A DNA stretch of 46,086 nucleotides. It comes from Bigelowiella natans CCMP2755 (lineage: Eukaryota; Protista; Cercozoa). This document shows positions 1-12,100 of this stretch, piece after piece. Under the pieces are notes generated by a model that did not search any database, was not told the DNA's origin, and worked only from the letters and a program-made list of their open reading frames with translations. The stretch lies in NCBI GenBank assembly GCA_000320545.1, contig ADNK01000829.1:1-46086 (forward strand). The letters run 5' to 3'. Every line of letters begins with the position of its first letter. The first letter of the stretch is position 1. Made by a program: the position numbers and the translations under genes.

Positions 1-2
1 GA

Positions 3-1551
3 GGAGGAGGGAAGATCCAACGCTACAAGTGCCGACTACTACAACTACTACTAGTACTACTATTTCAACGAGTAAGAGTAGGACAAATATTAGAGGAAAG
101 CAGCAGCAATCCGAATACTACTAGTCCTAGTATTAGTAGTAGTTGTCGTATTGGGGGAAAAGTAGTGCCAACAACAACAACATCATCATCATCATCATCA
201 TCATCATTATTATTGCCGTTGCCAAAGAAGAGAAAGTTGAGTAAAAAGACCGGAGCTGCTGCTACTACTTCTACTGCTACTCCTCCTTCTATCACAACTA
301 CTACTTCTACTGCTACTCCTCCTTCTATCACTAGCGCAACTACTACTACTACTACTACTACTAGTACAACCCCGGCTATTCCAACGAGGACGGAAACGAC
401 GACAGGGATGATAGTCACTACCACGACGAACAGCTCTTCAATTTCTTCGTCATGTAGTAGTAGTAGTAGTAGTAGTTGTAGTAGTAGTTGTAGTACTAAC
501 AGCAGTATGAAGCAACCTACTACTACAATTCCAACCTCCTCCTTTACCACTACTTCTACTACCAGTACTACTTCCACGATACTACTCACTGAAGAACAAC
601 TTATTTCTTCTTCCTCTCCTCCTCCTCCTCCTCCTCCTCCTCCTCCTCCTCCTCCCTCGACACTACTATCATCGTCATCATCTTCATCTTATTCTTATTC
701 TTCTACTAACCCTTCTTCTTCTTCATCATATTCTCCGCTGTCGTCGTATTATTCATCATCAAGCTGTTCTCAGCAGCAGCAGCAGCAGCCACAACATCAA
801 CAACAACGACGACAACAACAGCTAACCTCTTTTCCATCGTCGTCATCATTGATAACCACCCAATCGTCGTCACACTCAGCAGCAGAGCTTAAAAAGCCAA
901 AGACAGCTTTCAACTACTTTCAAATCGAGCAACGGGATATTGTTACAAGGCGACTAAGATCAAGAAAGCAGAAGAAAAGGAGAAAGAAGAACAACTACCT
1001 CTCTCCACGAGAGGTAATTAACTAACAATTTATAGCAAAAACTCGATAATTACGATACTATATATCATGCACATACACACGCACACGCTTACGAACATAA
1101 TCATCATCATCATCATCACCACCACCACTACTTTCTCCTCGTCGTCGTCATTATCGTAAATATTGTCATTCATTATACATGTTTTCTTTGGTCATTCAAT
1201 ACTTGTATGATGCTGCTTATAATACAATTTTGCTGTTGTTGCTGCTGCTGATGCTGCTGTTGCTTCTAATTCACCATCATCCATCCATCCATCCATCCAC
1301 CCTCTCAGTTCAGCATGCAAGTCGAGAAAATAGTAGCAATGCAATGGAAAAATCTCTCAGTTTTAGATCGAGAGAGATTTGAGGAAGCTGCGGCTGTGGG
1401 AAGAGCAGACTATGACACCAGGGTAATGATGACGGATTTAATGGAAAAGTCGAGTCGCAATGCAGCAGCTAGCACTGGGAATGATCATGATAATGATACA
1501 AATAATAGTAGCAGTGAAAATGATAGTGTCAACGATAAGAATGAGAAGTAG
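3..1551 (+). CDS. HMG-box protein with long Ser/Thr/Pro/Gln low-complexity N-terminus; 5' end lies outside the window
   Basis: Frame is open from position 3. Exon ends GAG|gt at 1013, phase-0 intron 1014-1308 (ctctcag), second exon 1309-1551. The spliced peptide KKPKTAFNYFQIEQRDIV...SPRE|FSMQVEKIVAMQWKNLSVLDRERFEEAAAVGRADY matches the HMG-box pattern (PKRPxSAF/Y...W..LS..EK..Y) with a basic insertion. Confidence 0.65.
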
Positions 1552-2006
1552 AGGAGGCAAGGCAGTGGTAGTAGAAAGGGAAGAAGAAAAGGATGAGGAA
1601 GAAGCACACAAAGACAGGAGTAATGATACTATGACGGCAAAAACTATGATGACGACAACAATAAGCAAGCGGCATCATCAGCGTTGGCATGAGAGGAAAT
1701 GAAGAAAGAGAAGAAAAAGAAGGATCGCAACGAATAGAATAACAACGCAGAAGAAGAAGCGACATATTTAATCATCATAATCATAACCATTGTCTGATAC
1801 TCACACGTTTGATGATGAAACCCCTGTATTATGGGCAGAGGGGTGAGGAGGAAGGGGGAAAAGAGAACGCTCTGCCACTATTTCTTCCCCTTTGTCCTGC
1901 TGTTGATGCTCTGCTCAAATTAGAAAACCTTAAATAATAAATTTAGTGCACTGCTGCTCTGCTAGCTATGAAACGGACGCAGTGAATGTGTTAGCTTTTT
2001 TCAAGC

Positions 2007-2053
2007 GTCATCCTAATGTAGCTTTGCAAATAATAAGCTGCGGCTACAGCGCT
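2007..2053 (+). repeat. Dispersed ~40-bp motif, copy A (GTCATCCTAATGTAGCT...GCGGCTACAGCGCT)
   Basis: Near-identical to 28300-28340 apart from a 6-nt indel and three substitutions; also similar to 13345-13386. Confidence 0.75.
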
Positions 2054-2476
2054 CAAAATTATAATTGCATTGAAGATTGAAGAGCTCAGTGTACTCCATA
2101 CCTAGCTACCTAGCTCCTGTGAAAAGATCTGGTCGTGCACACTTAGCTTGTTGTGAGCTACTACATTGCGTGTAGTCAGTCGTGGTCGTCGTGCGATGTG
2201 TGCAGGCATTGCATGAGCTGCGAATAGCTGCGCATGTGTTGCAACATATCCAATGTGTTCACTTTCATTTGTACACGCACATGCATGTGTAGCTGCGTTG
2301 TGGGATTAGTTTCAGATTTAATTTATCAAAAACTTTGATGAGGGTTTGAGGAAATATCATATATGATGATGGAAATATGAACATGATGATTACAACTAGA
2401 CAAGTGTACAAGAAGTGACAAGAAATACCATGTCGTCTTGCCACTTCGAATACAAATTAGCACCTTTGGGAATGCT

Positions 2477-3409
2477 TTAGCTGAGAAGACTTGCTAAGTT
2501 TTCGCGAAGGCGAAATCGTCGTTTCAAAAATGGTCTCACATCTTTCATATCTTTGAGTTTCATTAACAGCTTTAGTACTTTCCCGAGTTCTTCGTCGGAT
2601 GGATCATCGTAGAATGATAAAATCGGAATGGAATTATCAGGTCTCGCGATCATTGCACATGGATTATTATCCACGAGTACAATTTTTCTCATGTCTCTTC
2701 CAAGAGGAACCAAGTCTTTAACAAATGGTTGACCCTTCCATATGACAGTTGAATCTCTATACAAGCGAGCTACTATCTGCTTCTTTTTGTCAATTTTGTC
2801 TAACACTGGTGAAGCATAAACAGGGAGAGCAGCTGTAAAGATCACCACTTCAAAATTCTTACTGCATTCGTCAAGGAATGCGTGGAGGCCTGGTCTCTTG
2901 TAAACACTAATAGTCTCGCTCATACTGCCATCAGTGTTCAAACTCAAAGTAAAGTCACACTTTCTTTTGACGGACTTTCTATCTTCCGCCTGACGATAAT
3001 TGTTCGGGTTTCTAAATTCACTATGTAAAAGGGTTTCATCCATATCTAAAACGACAGTAAGTCTCCCTTCGTGCTCTGGTCTTCGAGGAGGAAGAATTCC
3101 AGTGTACGGCGGCGACTTTGCCCTTGATTTCCGTGGGGATTCCCCCTTTCTTTTCGGAGTATCGAGAGAGGGAAATAGGGAACTATCAATCGAAGACAAA
3201 CGCTTCGGAGTTGGTTTTGGAGTTGACTTCTTCGTCGAGAAGGTAAATTTTGTCGGGGAGTGGCGTGACTTCGAACCGAGGCGTGGCAGCTGCGTACTTG
3301 ATTTGCCTTTTGGCGTGCTTCTATTGCTAGAGTTCTTGGGAGTTGAGTCCCGAGAATTCGAGCTCATAGGGGTTGAGGATCGGGAATTGCCTCTTGTATC
3401 CTGAGCCAT
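2477..3409 (-). CDS. CTD small phosphatase-like protein (FCP1/SCP/NIF-family HAD phosphatase), single exon
   Basis: 310-aa ORF with LTVVLDMDETLLHS (DxDxT), VYKRPGLHAFL, FEVVIFTAALPVYASPVLDKID, RLYRDST, VKDL...LGRDM..IVLVDN and N..PI..F.DD..D.EL. The N-terminus is basic and Ser/Thr/Pro-rich. Confidence 0.93.
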   Translation of the reverse strand: MAQDTRGNSRSSTPMSSNSRDSTPKNSSNRSTPKGKSSTQLPRLGSKSRHSPTKFTFSTKKSTPKPTPKRLSSIDSSLFPSLDTPKRKGESPRKSRAKSPPYTGILPPRRPEHEGRLTVVLDMDETLLHSEFRNPNNYRQAEDRKSVKRKCDFTLSLNTDGSMSETISVYKRPGLHAFLDECSKNFEVVIFTAALPVYASPVLDKIDKKKQIVARLYRDSTVIWKGQPFVKDLVPLGRDMRKIVLVDNNPCAMIARPDNSIPILSFYDDPSDEELGKVLKLLMKLKDMKDVRPFLKRRFRLRENLASLLS

Positions 3410-4070
3410 TAATCATAAAATGCGTTAGAAGCCACATCAAAATAATGGATTGAGGATATTACTACCGGGACCGTGTAGATAGATCCCAGTGTTTTCTTAG
3501 ATGAGTTTAATCTCATCATTGCCCGGCGAGAAAGCTTTGACTGGGTTGTCTTAGACTTGCCCGTCCTCCTAGTGGCAGCCTTCATGGTTTAGATTTGCAC
3601 CCCGATGATGATACTGTGTGCGTGGATATTACATGGTGACAGCAGAGAGTAAATCGAGGGATGATTTATATCATTTTCGACATCAAATATAGGTCGTAGA
3701 TCATAAATAGATTATAATTCGTTGCATATTTTGACCTGTCTGCTATAAACTATGTTGAAATTTGATGGTGGAACAGTGTTGAGAGGGACAGTATCGTATA
3801 ACGTAGTTTATGTTTCATCTGAATCTGTTCTTTGTTGTTCATCCTATTTAAAGTCATAACCGCTTCCGTCGTAATTTTAAGTAACGACAAAGTACCGATT
3901 CAACGGAAAAAATAACGGCAAGGATCATTTCAACCCCTGTCAAAACAATGAAAGATATTCAGTTTATCCGAGGTTTTCCCGCCAACACAAGAAGTGGAAC
4001 TGATCCTCAACATCATCTCTCCTCGTTACATCTAAAAGAGGGAGGGACAAAAAACCAAAGGAGCTACACA

Positions 4071-4120
4071 TAGATCTAGTTGTCGCATATGATTATTTTT
4101 ACAACAAAAACAACAATGAT

Positions 4121-4152
<32 letters not shown>

Positions 4153-4695
4153 GCCGACTTCTCTAAAGATTCCTACGAGTACATTATTAGTAGAATTCCT
4201 GGATCTACCATTCCCAACAAAAAATGAAAAACAAGGCCAATTTCAAAATCTCTAGCACATGCAGGTTACATATATTAAAAGCGACCTCCAATAAAATTCC
4301 AAACTAGATCTACCCAAAACACTTTCCACTCAATCTTCCCTCCTCTACTTCCTTTAAGTTTATACCCCGAAATCCATCACCCTAATAAATCTTAACGACA
4401 ACAAATAACAATAATTTTTCTCAAAAATTGCACCCCTTAAATATCTATCATTAAATTTACCAGAATATACGCCTCAAACCGTCAAACCTAAAAGTAAAAA
4501 GAAAAAAGTTTATTAGTCCTATAAGTCAAAAATTTTGCTATGTTTTGCCATACAATTTTTAACTTTCGCAATGTCCGTTATGAGACAACATCCACTATGA
4601 AAATCACTTAGGTGTAACAACATAGCTGGGAAGTCAAGGACGCGAACAGAATACGTACTCGTAACTAACTAACTAACTAGATCTAACTAGATCTA
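4071..4695. promoter_or_regulatory. Cluster of four TAGATCTA palindromes in a head-to-head intergenic region (candidate promoter element)
   Basis: Exact TAGATCTA at 4071, 4305, 4678 and 4688. The same motif occurs in the other three divergent gaps. Confidence 0.5.
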
Positions 4696-5311
4696 CGACC
4701 AGATCCACATCTACGACATTTGTTGTTCAGTGAGTTGATAAATTAAAGGAAAAATTGAAATTATTAGGGTCGTTACATTGAAAGGCTATGCGTTACTACT
4801 CAAATGACGAGGAGGACGAGGACAATTTGCTACCGCGACATCATCGTTATCCCAATACATGTACTTGAACAGGACAGACAACCCCACCTGCTAGGTTCAG
4901 GTGCTTGCCTAGACCAGAGCTACAAGCTAAGCTACTCAACGTGTGCAATTATCAATCGGGAATCCTCTGGCCATCCCTTCTTCTTGGTGAGACCACGTCG
5001 AAGACATATTTTGTCCATCACACGCTAAGGGGGGCCTAGGACTTGCTTTGCCACATCATCCATTTTTGTCTCATCTCCTTCGATCTGTTCGTCGAACTGC
5101 CCGATTTTGCTCTTGAGCTCTTCATGTGTGAACTCTGGACAATTAAATCACGTTGCTTGGCAGTTTTCCCATCAATTTAAAATGAAATTTGTTTGGGAGT
5201 GTTCGCGCGTGTGTGCTTACCTGCTATCGCAAGCCATTCTGTTCTTCTAATCACAATGAAACGAATGAAATTATGCAAATTTTACTTCAATTAAACAGGA
5301 TATCATCTGGT

Positions 5312-5848
5312 ATGGCAGAGAGAATAGGTCACACTAAACAGAGAGAAATGTCGTTGGACATCTCCCCGCTTACTCGAATGGACTTCGGAATGTACATAAC
5401 ATCGAATCAGCGTCACTTCGCACACGTTACACAAAGCAGCACAGTGAGAACGCATGTTTCTACCGGGGGAAATGTGTCCTCTCCCTGGCGCTCACGGACA
5501 ATTTCAACAAGGCCTTCCAGTGGCTACAATCGTAATTTGAGAAAGAGTGGGCTCACTGTCGCCGAGCCAGTCCGTTCGACAAAAGGGCTTGTTGGGAACA
5601 GACTGACGTTCGAAGACGGCCTGATGAGACGGATTCCCAAAGTGCAAAGTAGGATTCTGAAGTCTACTCTGAGTGCGAGAGATGTCCGTAATGATAAAGT
5701 AGGAAACACTGAGATGTTCAGCACATCGCACAAACTTCATTTCAAAGAATTAAAAGACGATGGGGGAGCAGTTCAGGCATCCCAGCGCCAAAGCATTCAA
5801 GTCAGAGGCGGGTTTTCATCGCAATGTAACAGGAAATCTCCATTTTGA
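5312..5848 (+). CDS. Hypothetical basic protein, possibly microtubule-inner-protein-like; true start uncertain
   Basis: Non-repetitive open frame 5189-5848, with a possible acceptor ttaaacag at 5298 and ATG at 5312. Repeated motifs YITSNQRHF and FSTSHKLHF, plus SGY/GGF. Confidence 0.5.
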   Translation: MAERIGHTKQREMSLDISPLTRMDFGMYITSNQRHFAHVTQSSTVRTHVSTGGNVSSPWRSRTISTRPSSGYNRNLRKSGLTVAEPVRSTKGLVGNRLTFEDGLMRRIPKVQSRILKSTLSARDVRNDKVGNTEMFSTSHKLHFKELKDDGGAVQASQRQSIQVRGGFSSQCNRKSPF

Positions 5849-6955
5849 ACCCACTAGTTGATGTATTCTGGGATGACATCCAGATTAGACGAACGTTTCC
5901 TTCTCATCCCAGCCAACAAACTTAGCATACGTTGCGCACAGACCTGAGACGCACACATGTGCACCGCCTTTTAAGCCTACTTCTGGTCAAGCCAGTATGG
6001 TAATATTCGTGTCAACGATGATACATGTTAACAATAACATGCAGAAATGAGATCAAACATGCCTAGATGCGCACAGCAGGCCACTTGTGGCCCCGCAAGT
6101 TCATTGTATAGCTGCTGCTGGATGCATGTACGTATCGTAATCAGGCGGCACCACGCACATGCAAGTGCTATGCGCGATACCATGCTCTGAAATCACAGCA
6201 AGCGCCCCACACCTCACGTACATCATTGCCTTTGTATAAATGTTCGTTGCTACGCAAATGGAGACGCGCAATAATGTTGCAGATGTCATTGCCCAGCTTG
6301 CAAAGCTTGATCGATGCAAACTAACGCGCTAATTGGTCACGCATGCACATTGCACGCAGCTAGAGCTACACAAAGCCATTGAACAAATTCAATTGATTAG
6401 TTTCATCCGTCTTGTGTATTGTACGTAGCTACACTCATACGCACATGCGATGCTAGCATGATCAAGCCGCGCTAGCTGCGATGCACCGATCGAAGACGCG
6501 ACAAGCTGTAAATTAGAGTGATGAACGCGTGGGTCAAATGACAGTTGCAACGACAATATTCTACACTGCATGCACATGATGCACCGTGCGCGTGGCCGTG
6601 CGTGCACTACATGCTAGCATGTGCTAATGCGATGTCGGAAGTTGTTGTAGCTAACAAGTAACGGTATATACGTAGCACAATAGTATCGGTTGAACCGCAA
6701 TGCACTCGGAGCTCAATAAGTTAAATAATGCAAGATTTTGCAGTTCTATACAGTGAAAACTACGCATCGCATGCATGCATGCACATCTGATACATGATGA
6801 CGGTGATAACAATAACAACGGGCTAGATATGCCTGCTTCTGCTTTAAATTGCAGCCGCTGACGACGTAGGTGGTACAAAACAAACAGAAAAGCAAGTTAC
6901 ATCGTGCTGGGGTGATTACATTGGGTTTTCAATACGAAAATTATACATCTTTAGA

Positions 6956-8133
6956 TCAACTGTAAATTGAACAGAAATCTGGAAGGCCGTTGTCAAGGTC
7001 ATCAACTTGGAAGCCGGAATTTTTTTCTTTCTTCCCGACTTCATCGTGCAAAATTTCAACTATACGATAAGAACAAGAACAGACAATGAGGTTCTAGCCA
7101 CTATCAGAATACACAAATGTTCCTACCAATATTGCAGAATTCCCATGGTAAGCAGTGTTGAATAGCTTTGCCATAAAACTAACGATTGGGTATTATAATC
7201 CAGTACTTTAAAAATGTGTAAAATGATTGTACCGATTCCGAGAGCTGAAAGGTTACTGCAACGTTAAATTCTTTATGTACGTCAAACCATCGAACATTTT
7301 CTGTTGTTAATTGAGGATTAATTTCAGAGACAAAATTCATGGAAACCTAACATCTTCCAATACCTGAAGCTCCCGGGACCCGCATATCTTCATCTCTCAC
7401 AACTAGACTCCAATGCTTTTGCAAACGTATCTTGTCGATCTAAGAAATATCAATTAGAAATTTGCCATCATCAACATGTAAAGGTGGATTTTACCTCAAA
7501 TATTTCCCTCGTCGGGAAATATTTCGAGTGTGAGAATTTCGAAAGAAGACATGGTGCAGCGTCGCCCATCATCACAACTAGTGTGCTCCCATGTTTCATT
7601 CCCGCGACAAGTCTTTTCCGCATTTCCTCCATCAAAGTAAGATGCTCTTCTCCTCCAATACTTCTTAGAAGAATATTGCGAACGTCTAAGCAACTGGTGC
7701 GCAAATCCGTAGTGAGCAACTATTGGTTCACTGTTGTAATGCTATATTATCGATTTCATTACCTTGTGTGTCTATACCTGTAATTTAAGACCGAATATTA
7801 GGATCATCTTTTATTCTTTACTATGACCAGCAATAAATATTTTTAACCGAAAGAAGATGTCCGTCCTTCCGGACGGATCCAAGATGACTGGAATTTTCCC
7901 GGAAGCCCATACCGTTTCCAATGATATGGGAAGACTCTCGAGACTCACTTTAATGTGCTTTGCATATTCTGCAATCAGATGCACAAGTAGAAGAGGAAGT
8001 TCTAGTCCCAGCTTTTGGCGCAGAGTCTGATTCATGAAACAACTGATTCAGAGTTATCATAGATAAGAAAATTTTTAGACATTTCGTCGCACATGATTAA
8101 GTTCTTGAATGAGAGTCTGTTTTTCCTGTCCAT
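6956..8133 (-). CDS. Small spliced protein resembling a stand-alone dynein AAA5 (AAA_9)-like / IQANK1 C-terminal domain
   Basis: About 8 GT-AG exons join in frame, including a 15-nt microexon at 7763-7777. Peptide: SGKIPVILDPSGRTDIFFRYRHTSCLDV...EEMRKRLVAGMKHGSTLVVMMGD...WFDVHKEFNVAVTFQL...LPDFCSIYS*. This parallels the dynein AAA5 pattern RWPL.IDP.GQ...L..A...G..L...F.L..TT. Confidence 0.6.
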
Positions 8134-8735
8134 TTATGAAATATGATAATTTTTACCAGTTAAATCTTATACAGACAACACCAAAAACCTAGTCTGTGTT
8201 AACCCGGTTAAAATTCTGGAGTTCATTCCTCTTCCACTCTTTCGCCTTCCTCTTGGATAATCTCTCGCACATGAATTCTATAAATTAATAATTGCTAGAG
8301 GAGATTGTAATTTATGTAATACAACAATATGCATGCGACGGTATCGGACTTCGGGTGTTTGTACCTCCAGAGCGTTAATGCAACAATCCTCCTAAATTTG
8401 CTCGGTTGTAGACGATGGTTCTCGCAATGCTCAACTGTAGTGCTTCCTAATGGTTATACTTCGAAGGCCACGTCCTCATTGCCGCCGAGAAAACGTAATG
8501 TCTGTTTGTCGTTGGGGTTATCGCAGACCACTGGCTCGTGTGAGTTGGCCACTGGTCTGCGAAGGAGGACCGAATGACGACGAGCATCGAAGAACAGAAC
8601 GACGACACGGGAAAACGGAACATTTTCCCAATATTATTCTATGTCGCACTTCTAAAAACACAAAGATTTTAGTAGAATTAGGAAGTATTGTAACGGAAAG
8701 GTGATACTCGCTTACAGGTCGGAGCGACAACTCTC

Positions 8736-8806
8736 TAGATCTACCAGCGCGTTGACATAGATCTGCGGTTATGTGCATGTCGTTGTCTCTTTCTCTCCTA
8801 GATCTA
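8736..8806. promoter_or_regulatory. TAGATCTA palindromes in a head-to-head intergenic region
   Basis: TAGATCTA at 8736 and 8799, TAGATCTG at 8758, followed by a (CAA)n tract. Confidence 0.5.
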
Positions 8807-9125
8807 TTGGCAACAATCCTTGCAACAACAACGACAACAACAACCAACAAGCAACAAGTAATAATAATAAGACATAACAGTAGTAGTAGGCCTAGTATCT
8901 ATCCAACAAACCCCCGAGCAACAACCAAACCAACCAACTGCTTGCTGCCTGCCCCCCTTGGCTTGGGCTCTCGTACTTATTAACCTGAAGAACAAACAAA
9001 CAATACCCGGAAAAACAAGGTTCCCATGGACAGTAATCGTGCGAAAGTTTGAAAAACGCTTCATTTTTCCTTACTATTTGACATGGTTGGGATATATGAT
9101 AGGAACTTAAAGCATCGTACAAATC

Positions 9126-12100
9126 ATGCCTAAAGCCCTCAGCCAATCTGACAATGAGCTCAGACGTATGATTCAGTCCTGCAAAAAGCCAGCAGATCTA
9201 CTCAAATTTGGTCACCACGGGAAACCAAAGTGGCGCAAGTTTTTCCTCACCTACAGCACGGGTGATAGATTGATGATGATAATTTATTGAACAATTTCAT
9301 CTTGGTTGCCAAAACCAGATATTGAACGAAATCCATTCCATACCCTATGGGCTGTTTGTTTCTTCCTTTTCTTCTTCGTTTCCAGTGACAAGACATTGGT
9401 ATCTCGAGTGGTCATCAAGGGATAAGACGAAGGACACGAAACTGAATCTTCAAAATGTCACTCAAATTACACTTGGTCAAAAGACACCGAAATTCGAGCG
9501 CCTATCGAGAAGAGATGTCACAGATAAAAGCTTCTCGATATGGTAGTAGCAACGAACAAATAGAATATAGACGATCAAATAATTATCCAATTATTCTCGA
9601 TGTGCAGGTATGAAGTCGGGGAAAAGAGGGACACTTTGGATCTCGTTGCAGAAACGGAGAGCATGTTTCTCCAGTGGACAACTTCCATCCGAGCGTTAGT
9701 TAAAAATAAAGTTCCTCCCCATGTGATGGAATTAGTGAAGGTACTATTGGGTAACTATTCACTTGGAGTTCATTGGCCTTATTGTGCTTTTATATGTAAA
9801 AAGCGCGATGTTTCCGCCTTGGATATGTCGGAACCAGGCATGAAATCCATAGGCTTGATGTCTTCGATGGTAAGAGCATACAGCACACACACATAGCAAC
9901 CATTACACTTCAAGCATAATATCTCGTAATTTCAGGTCACAAAACCCCAGCAGCAGCTGAAAGGCAAGAAAAAATACGAAGCTGCTCTTGAAACCACGAA
10001 TGTTGTTTACGGGTGGGTTGATCTTATCCTCTTAAACATAAACATTGAGATGTGTATTGAATAGATTATTGAACATGTACCACCATCAACACAAATATTA
10101 GGTTTGGGTTGAATACTTGGGGCCAGCTTTCGGGCAAAAACCGAGAAGAGAAGGCTCCTCTTCTTCTTCACATGAATGTAGTTAAAGAGGATATGTAGTA
10201 CACGCATATGTTCTCTAAATTAATGCATTAGAATGATATTCCCTAATCTTTTAAAATTAAATAATCAGACTGGCGAGAACCCAACAGAAATTGCTGGAGG
10301 GTGGTCGCATACTATAATGTTGATGTCTGATGGAGGAGTAGAAGCCATGGGACATAGGATGGGAACGGTAGAGTTTACCCACCTAACACTAAAAGTCGAG
10401 ATGATGGTGTGTCGCATCTTCTGGAGATGATCAAATACTACAATACCAACTAACAATATCAGGGCCTTGAAGAAGATGAAACCTATCCCAAATCTATTAA
10501 GTACACTTCCGCCGGAAATATCGACTCAATAGCTTGTGGACGTTCTCACAATTGTCTCTTAACTGAAAATGGCGATGTATGTAAAATAAAATTTCAACAA
10601 TTTCTGTTATTTCCAGTTGATATCCATTATTATCATCATCTTTATTATCATCACCATAATGTTAATATTATTATTAGAAAGGTTGGTAAACCTCCCTATT
10701 TATTTATTTTCATTATCATTAGAAAGGTTGCTGTACCTCCCTATTATCATTGTTACTACTATTGTTAATATTATATTCTCATTAAACTTATTTCATGTAT
10801 GTTAAATATCTACTACGATAAATTGTCTTGAAAAGATGTCCGATAGAGGGATTGATGATGATGCACAAAGAGCTAAGAACACCTTCTTTCTTTCTGATAG
10901 GTTTACACTTGGGGCTGCAATTTCTTTGGACAACTGGGACATGGGGATAATAAAGACCGGAACGAGCCTACTTTCGTCCAAAATGTTAGGAGGGGTTTAA
11001 CCCACATTTTCACAATAACAATTTGCAATTTTCAAATTACTATTTATCGGACAGATTCTCGAGGCAAAAGCTCAAGTTGAGATATCTGAAATAGCATGTG
11101 GAAGTGATTTTACAGTCGCACTATCACACACATGTGTATTCTCTTGGGGATCCGGCAAAAAAGGTAGTAGTACTACGTGGTAGTAACAGATTGTGTTGTG
11201 TCGAGGAGTATGCCATCTAGTATCTGCACGTGTTCTTTCTGTTTCGAAAATAATGCAAGAAACGAATGCCGTGGTTCTTGATTGAATAAATGATACCATT
11301 AGGTGCTCTCGGGCATGGAGATGAGAAGGATAGATTTTTGCCGACAAAAGTTGATGGAGTGAAAAATCCTACAGGAATAGCGTGTGGCGCTCACCATGCA
11401 ATCGTGTGGTCAAAAAGCAATAGATCTATGTACAGCTGGGGAAATAACGGTTGTCTAAACTATGTATCGACGTTGTTAAAACAACTATTTGTATGGTTTA
11501 GTGGAGGTGGTGATGTTTTTAATAGGCAGTTGTAGAGCACTGTTCCTAATAATACAATGGATCAATCATATAGGGAGCGGTCAACTGGGTCTTGGACACA
11601 CAGATACGGTTTTAAAGCCTTCCCTCATCGAATCTCTTAATGGACAAACGACTCTCTGTGCTGGAGCGGGTGGTGCTCACACGATCGGTAATAACAATAG
11701 TTTATGTAATGTTGAAAATAATGAGTGGATGAAAACAACGCTGACGACAATACAACACATTTTTTTAAATAAATACCACTGCACTCACTCTGAATACCAC
11801 TGCCACTACTACATAACAAATGCTGACATCATCACCGGAAAAATGACAATATTTATTGCATAACTTATTTATACCTTCCTCGATATGAATCAGTGGTGAC
11901 ATTTGAGGATGGGTCAAAATCCTCAAAAACATGGTCCTTTGGATCCAATTCGCGTGGACAAGTCAGGACATCATATCATTGCTGCATGCCATTGGATAAT
12001 TGAGTGATATGTCTAATTTATATCCATATATTATTTGGGTTATACTAAACGACACAGATTGCTCAAGGTAGTACAGGGGAAGGAGCAAAAGTGCTTGTCC

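Noticed and set aside
3000-3404. 134-aa + strand ORF
   Set aside because: It is the antisense shadow of the phosphatase gene.
5930-6900. Functional Z-DNA elements in the RY-alternating islands
   Set aside because: The runs are short and interrupted, and convergent transcription produces positive supercoiling, which disfavours Z-DNA.
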